Assembly: GCA_043819075.1 (NCBI GenBank) | Contig: JBDRFE010000059.1 | Span: 1-41,106, forward strand | Source: an archaeon | GTDB lineage: Archaea; Iainarchaeota; Iainarchaeia; Iainarchaeales; 1-14-0-10-31-34 | DNA length: 41,106 nt | Direction of reading: 5' to 3' | Shown: piece after piece, positions 36,825 to 41,106 of the stretch | How the letters are laid out: the number at the start of each line of letters is the position of its first letter | How positions within the stretch are numbered: position 1 is the stretch's first letter | Notes under the pieces: model-generated | Seen by the model: the letters and a program-made list of their open reading frames with translations, nothing else | What the model was told of the DNA's origin: nothing | The model's database searches: none | Program-made: the position numbers and the translations under genes

Positions 36825-36952
36825 AAACCCTTTTCAAAGGGTTTAACCAAATGCACAGGGCAAGCCTGTGCTGTTTCGTCCGGCTGTCACGAGGCACGGC
36901 GTAAAGCCGTGCTGCTTTCGAGCGCGAGCACCGACTCGCTTCCGCGCTGGGC
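36825..36952 (+). repeat. Palindrome array in the tRNA-Ser(GGA) trailer (module copy F plus extra units)
   Basis: AAAC-N12-GTTT, 8 nt, GCACAGGGCAAGCCTGTGC; then GTTTCGT-N9-ACGAGGC and GCACGGCGTAAAGCCGTGC-TGCTTTC. Confidence 0.75.
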
Positions 36953-37189
36953 TTAAATTAAAAAGAAAACTATTGCTGCAAGAATGAACAAAATAACCGA
37001 GAAAGCCCTGCTGTAGTATGCGATTAATGCAATGAATAATGGAATGACTGCAAGCACTGTAACTTCATGGTACACTAAAATTATTCCTGCAACCATTCCA
37101 AAGAAAAACCAGATATAAATCAGGCTAACAAACAATGTTATTTTGTCCAAAAAATATTCAATTACTTTTTTTGTTATTTCAGCTGCCAT
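36953..37189 (-). CDS. Small membrane protein
   Basis: 78 aa, hydrophobic. Confidence 0.6.
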   Translation of the reverse strand: MAAEITKKVIEYFLDKITLFVSLIYIWFFFGMVAGIILVYHEVTVLAVIPLFIALIAYYSRAFSVILFILAAIVFFLI

Positions 37190-37256
37190 AACCTACTTTC
37201 ATAAAAAAAAGTTTTTATTTTTTGCTGTATTTTATTGCCAGTGCTTTTAAATTCTT

Positions 37257-37853
37257 TTATTTTGCTTTTTTGAACGGAGTGAAAGGCTTTAAGTAGTCAA
37301 AAAAATTCCTGTGCGATGCATGGACTCCTTCGTTTACTGTCCTCACATCTTCTATTGCATAAAAAGCGTTTTTGTTGAATGACTTGATTATTTCAATTAC
37401 TTTGTGAATGTTCTGCCTTTTGGTTACAACTAAAATCATTTTTACGTTGCCGTTGCTTCCTTCTGCATCAATGACTGTTGTTTTGAAATTTTTTGCCCTT
37501 AATTCAGTTATTATCCCAAGTGAATTTTTTCTTGTTATTGCCTGAATTAAAACTGTTCCAAGAGAAATTTTTTCTTCCAAGTAAATTCCGACAAAAGTTC
37601 CTGCGGCAAAACCGCCTGAATAAGCAAAAAACAAATACAAATTATTTATGTTCTGGATTATCTGGGAAATAGCTGAAAGCCAGATCATTATTTCAAAAAA
37701 GCCTATTATTGGCGCATAATACTTGAAGCCTCTTGCAATGAAAATGACTCTAATTGTGCCCAAAGTTACATCCAATACTCTTGCAATAAAAATAAATAAA
37801 GGCAATGCAATCCATGCAAAAAAATCTGAATTAAAAAACAATAAAAGATTCAT
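37257..37853 (-). CDS. UPF0316/DUF2179-family membrane protein
   Basis: IFIARVLDVTLGTIR, GFFEIMIW, GGFAAGTFVG. Confidence 0.88.
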   Translation of the reverse strand: MNLLLFFNSDFFAWIALPLFIFIARVLDVTLGTIRVIFIARGFKYYAPIIGFFEIMIWLSAISQIIQNINNLYLFFAYSGGFAAGTFVGIYLEEKISLGTVLIQAITRKNSLGIITELRAKNFKTTVIDAEGSNGNVKMILVVTKRQNIHKVIEIIKSFNKNAFYAIEDVRTVNEGVHASHRNFFDYLKPFTPFKKAK

Positions 37854-37882
37854 ATTTAGTTCTTCCGTTAAAAGCTCTTTTT

Positions 37883-38118
37883 TTACTCTATTCCGCTTTC
37901 AATGTCTTCCAGTTCTTTTGTTAAGTCGCTTAAATCTTTTGTAATGTCTTCCATTGAATCCTCTTTTTGTAGTTCGTTTCCTGTAACTTCATTTCCTGTG
38001 TTAACTGTTTCGTTTCCCTGATTGTTTGTATCTGCTGGCTTTTTTTCAGGCTTGACTGTGGTCTGGGTGCATCCAAACAAAACCAAAACAATAATTAAAA
38101 CAAAAAAACTTTTTCCAA
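37883..38118 (-). CDS. Small acidic lipoprotein with uncertain, possibly frameshifted start
   Basis: Lipobox LFGC; the likely start TTG GAA AAA GTT is one base out of frame across a T7 run. Confidence 0.55.
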
Positions 38119-38150
38119 AGTTTTATCAAAACGCTTCGCAGAAATTTTTT

Positions 38151-40148
38151 TCATTTAAACCATCCTTTTAACCATTCAATGAAATCATTCACTAATCCAG
38201 GCAATACAATTTGCCCTGTCGGAGGTCCATAATCTCTTGGAGGATGGCCTTCTTCCCAGTTGTCAGGTCCTGTTCCAGGGTTGTCTCCCCATTCACTTGG
38301 GTCATAGTTTTTGCATTCAACTCCGCTGATACAGCTTTTTCCGTCTGGTGTAGGTGATTCAATTGTTTCAGCATACTGTTTGTTTGCAATACAGGTTTCC
38401 TGTAATGCTTCTAATTGTTCTGCATTCAGGCAGTGCTCGTATCCGATTCCTGGCCCGTATTCTGCCATACATTTTTCTTCGCATGCAACACAAACCGGAT
38501 CGCTTCCTCCGGGTTCGCATCTCCTGTTTTCAGCGCAAATCATTATACATCCCTGGAATGGGTCTAATTCCCCGTTCACAAAAGGCCCTTCTCCTTCTCC
38601 TCTTAAACCGCATTCTAGTTCACATGAATCCATGTTTTTCTGCATGCAGGCAAACTGTCCTTCATCACAGTCTTTTACAATGCATTCTTCCATGCAGGCT
38701 TCTTCTGGTGAACCAGTTCCATGAGTTTTAGAAAACATTTCTTTTAATGCATCACAGTCTCCTGAACAGGAAAAATTAACTAATTTTCTTGGGTCACTGA
38801 AATTCCTGTAAGCGTTTTCTGGCAAAGCAAACTGTGCTTTTTTCCCTTCTTTTGTATTCAATGTCATCAAACAGTTTTCTCCGTCAAACAATAACTGCAC
38901 TTTAACTACAAAGCCTTCTGGGTCAGGCGGAACAAACTCTTTTTCATTTCCTGCTGAATACTTGTCGCAGCCCCTTACTATTTCTAGCGCGCCTTTTTCT
39001 GCTTCAACAAATTTCTGGAATTCTTCTTCGCTTCCAAAAGGCGAGCCATAAAACTTGTCAAACTGCTGTGCCACTGCCTCTTCTATTTCCTGTAGTGAAG
39101 GCACTTTTCCTGTTGCAACTGCTTTAACTGCTTTTGATATTTCTTTTCTTATTGACTGGATGTCAATCCTGATTTGATTCATTTCTTCTTGAGTTAAATC
39201 GCCTGAATTTAACTGGCTTTTCATTGAGCTAATCTTTAACTGGATTTCACCCATTTTTTGGATTGCATATTCAACTGCCTGAAATGCTTCTGTTTCTCCC
39301 AGTTCTTTATATCCTTGTTTTATTTTTTCAAGTTTTTTTCCTGTTTCAGCTATTCTTTCCTGGAAAGCATTCAGCCTGTCAGCAACTTCAGCCATTTCCT
39401 GGGGAGTGATTTCCCTTGAATTCGGTTTGACTCCAATCGGGTCATTGAATTCCATTATGCAGGTTGGCTTATCTTTTATCATCATAAACTGGCCGCCGTC
39501 TTTCTGGCACTGGATTGCCTGAGCTTTTACCGGGTCATCAGAGTATTTTTCTTTTATTGCTTCATCATATTTTTCCTTGAATTCCTGGTTAACACACATT
39601 ACTGCTTTGCATCCTTTTTCGTCAGTGAATTCTTCTGCTTTTCCCTTGCAGTTTGCTTTAACTGAATTTAATTCTTTTTCTGTCGGGCAGGCTGTTCCGG
39701 TAAAACCTTGTTTTCCTTCTTTAATGCAGGCAGGCTTTCCGTTAATCATTTCAAATTTTCCGTCACAGTTCTCTATTTCCTGTTTTAAGTCAAATTCATT
39801 GAATTCCGGTTCATCAAAATCAAAATCGCATTCAATTCCTGCAATTCCTGTCCCTGAATCAACTTTACGGCATCCATCTGGAACAGGCTGATCTCCAAAA
39901 GTTTCCATTGGAGGAATTCCTTCAGGCAGCATTTCATTTCCTTGTGGTTCATTCATTGGAGGCTCCATAGGCTGTTCTGGAACAAAAACTGGTTCTGGTT
40001 CAGGCTGGGGCTGAGTTTCAGAATCTGTTTCTCCTTCAAACAAGATTAATCCTGTCTGGGCATTAATTAATGGAATCAAAATGATTGCAGTAAACAAAAT
40101 ATACAATGGAATTCTGTGCAATCTTATGTCACCAGATTTTGCAGGCAT
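38151..40148 (-). CDS. Secreted Cys-rich acidic protein with central coiled coil
   Basis: Signal-like N-terminus, PQPEPEP linker, CxxxC repeats. Confidence 0.8.
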   Translation of the reverse strand: MPAKSGDIRLHRIPLYILFTAIILIPLINAQTGLILFEGETDSETQPQPEPEPVFVPEQPMEPPMNEPQGNEMLPEGIPPMETFGDQPVPDGCRKVDSGTGIAGIECDFDFDEPEFNEFDLKQEIENCDGKFEMINGKPACIKEGKQGFTGTACPTEKELNSVKANCKGKAEEFTDEKGCKAVMCVNQEFKEKYDEAIKEKYSDDPVKAQAIQCQKDGGQFMMIKDKPTCIMEFNDPIGVKPNSREITPQEMAEVADRLNAFQERIAETGKKLEKIKQGYKELGETEAFQAVEYAIQKMGEIQLKISSMKSQLNSGDLTQEEMNQIRIDIQSIRKEISKAVKAVATGKVPSLQEIEEAVAQQFDKFYGSPFGSEEEFQKFVEAEKGALEIVRGCDKYSAGNEKEFVPPDPEGFVVKVQLLFDGENCLMTLNTKEGKKAQFALPENAYRNFSDPRKLVNFSCSGDCDALKEMFSKTHGTGSPEEACMEECIVKDCDEGQFACMQKNMDSCELECGLRGEGEGPFVNGELDPFQGCIMICAENRRCEPGGSDPVCVACEEKCMAEYGPGIGYEHCLNAEQLEALQETCIANKQYAETIESPTPDGKSCISGVECKNYDPSEWGDNPGTGPDNWEEGHPPRDYGPPTGQIVLPGLVNDFIEWLKGWFK

Positions 40149-40281
40149 ACTCTCTATTACGCATTCCTTGTTTAAATATTTTTTGTGTTATTTTTTAGAG
40201 CCAGAAAACCGATTTAAACCTGTTGATTCACAGGCAATGACGTTTAGAAAAGATTTTGTGTTCTTAAGCTAAAATTATTTT

Positions 40282-41031
40282 ATGGAGTTCACTGAAAACC
40301 ATGCAGAACTAGTTGGCTTACAGTTCGGTGACGGAAGCCTGATTAGAAGAAAAAAAACAAATAGGGTTAGATTTCAGCTAAGGGGTGATGCAACAAGTGA
40401 CAGAGAACATTATACTGCTTTTATTATCCCTCTTTGTAATGAATTAATTGGTTTCCCTTTGCTTGGCAGAGAAGTTAGAACTGTTTTTGATAGAAATAGG
40501 AATTGTTTTGGAGTTTCAGTTGAAAGCAACACTTTAGTGAATTTTTTTCAAGAACTAGAAGTGAATGTTGGAAAAAAAGAAGAACTTCTGGTTCCTGACT
40601 GGATAAAAAACAATGAAAATTTTTCCAAAGCTTTTATTAGAGGTTTATTTGATACTGATGGAAGTATTTCTTATAAAAAGAACAACACTGCTAAAAGCAA
40701 TCTTCACACAGTAGGAGTTCTAAGCATTGTTTCTACTTCAAAAATTCTTATAACCGATGTTTCGTTTATCCTTTCCCATTTGGGATTAAAACATTATGTT
40801 AGAATACACAAAAAAAGTAACGGAGAAAAAGATGCTTATAGAATAGATATTTATAACCCTTATCTATCAAAGTTTATGTGTGTTATAGGGTCTCATAACC
40901 CAAAACATTTAACCAAATTTGAAATTGCATCAAAATTTGGTTTTTGCCCTCCCTATACAACTCCCATTCAAAGGAAGCAAATTTTAAAAGGTGTTCTTAA
41001 TCCTTTTTCTTTATACGCGGGAGTCCCATAG
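40282..41031 (+). CDS. Free-standing two-motif LAGLIDADG endonuclease-like protein
   Basis: AELVGLQFGDG and FIRGLFDTDG; last codons lie inside tRNA-Leu. Confidence 0.92.
   Translation: MEFTENHAELVGLQFGDGSLIRRKKTNRVRFQLRGDATSDREHYTAFIIPLCNELIGFPLLGREVRTVFDRNRNCFGVSVESNTLVNFFQELEVNVGKKEELLVPDWIKNNENFSKAFIRGLFDTDGSISYKKNNTAKSNLHTVGVLSIVSTSKILITDVSFILSHLGLKHYVRIHKKSNGEKDAYRIDIYNPYLSKFMCVIGSHNPKHLTKFEIASKFGFCPPYTTPIQRKQILKGVLNPFSLYAGVP
40982..40989 (+). promoter_or_regulatory. Candidate TATA box for tRNA-Leu, inside the LAGLIDADG CDS
   Basis: TTTTAAAA about 30 nt upstream of tRNA +1, preceded by purine-rich GAAGCAAA. Confidence 0.45.
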
Positions 41032-41102
41032 CCCGGTCAATTGGACTAGCTTGAGGGGCTAGTGACTTAGTGTCTTCGAGAGTTCGAATCTCTCCTCCCG
41101 CA
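41017..41102 (+). tRNA. tRNA-Leu(GAG)
   Basis: Acceptor GCGGGAG/CTCCCGC, A73, CTAGC TT-GAG-GG GCTAG, variable arm, T-arm GAGAG TTCGAAT CTCTC. Confidence 0.95.
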
Positions 41103-41106
41103 TAAC

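Noticed and set aside
9861..36952. Palindrome modules as CRISPR repeats or integron attC sites
   Set aside because: No regular repeat-spacer array or cas genes; the AAC..GTT unit is only 19 bp, does not flank gene cassettes and no integron integrase is present

Overview
AT-rich archaeal chromosome segment, probably from a DPANN lineage; this is inferred from BHB-type tRNA introns, TATA/BRE promoters, GGTG Shine-Dalgarno sites and gene content. It carries housekeeping genes (an apparently hingeless SMC, glmS-GNAT-HAD/YvcK, pepA, rpe, a HerA-like ATPase, an FKBP), Cys-rich surface proteins, a minimal [NiFe]-hydrogenase cluster and six tRNA genes. All six tRNAs have extra sequence at their boundaries. 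tRNA-Ser(CGA) and tRNA-Leu(GAG) each have a free-standing LAGLIDADG ORF that reads into the tRNA 5' end. tRNA-Gly(CCC), Ala(CGC), Ser(TGA) and Ser(GGA) carry a GC-rich bipartite module (19-bp palindrome, 8-bp spacer, 19-bp palindrome) in the intron, leader or trailer, with the same half always next to the tRNA. A ~3-kb island bounded by a 14-bp duplication of the tRNA-Gly 3' end is also present. All calls were made by eye; no searches were run.
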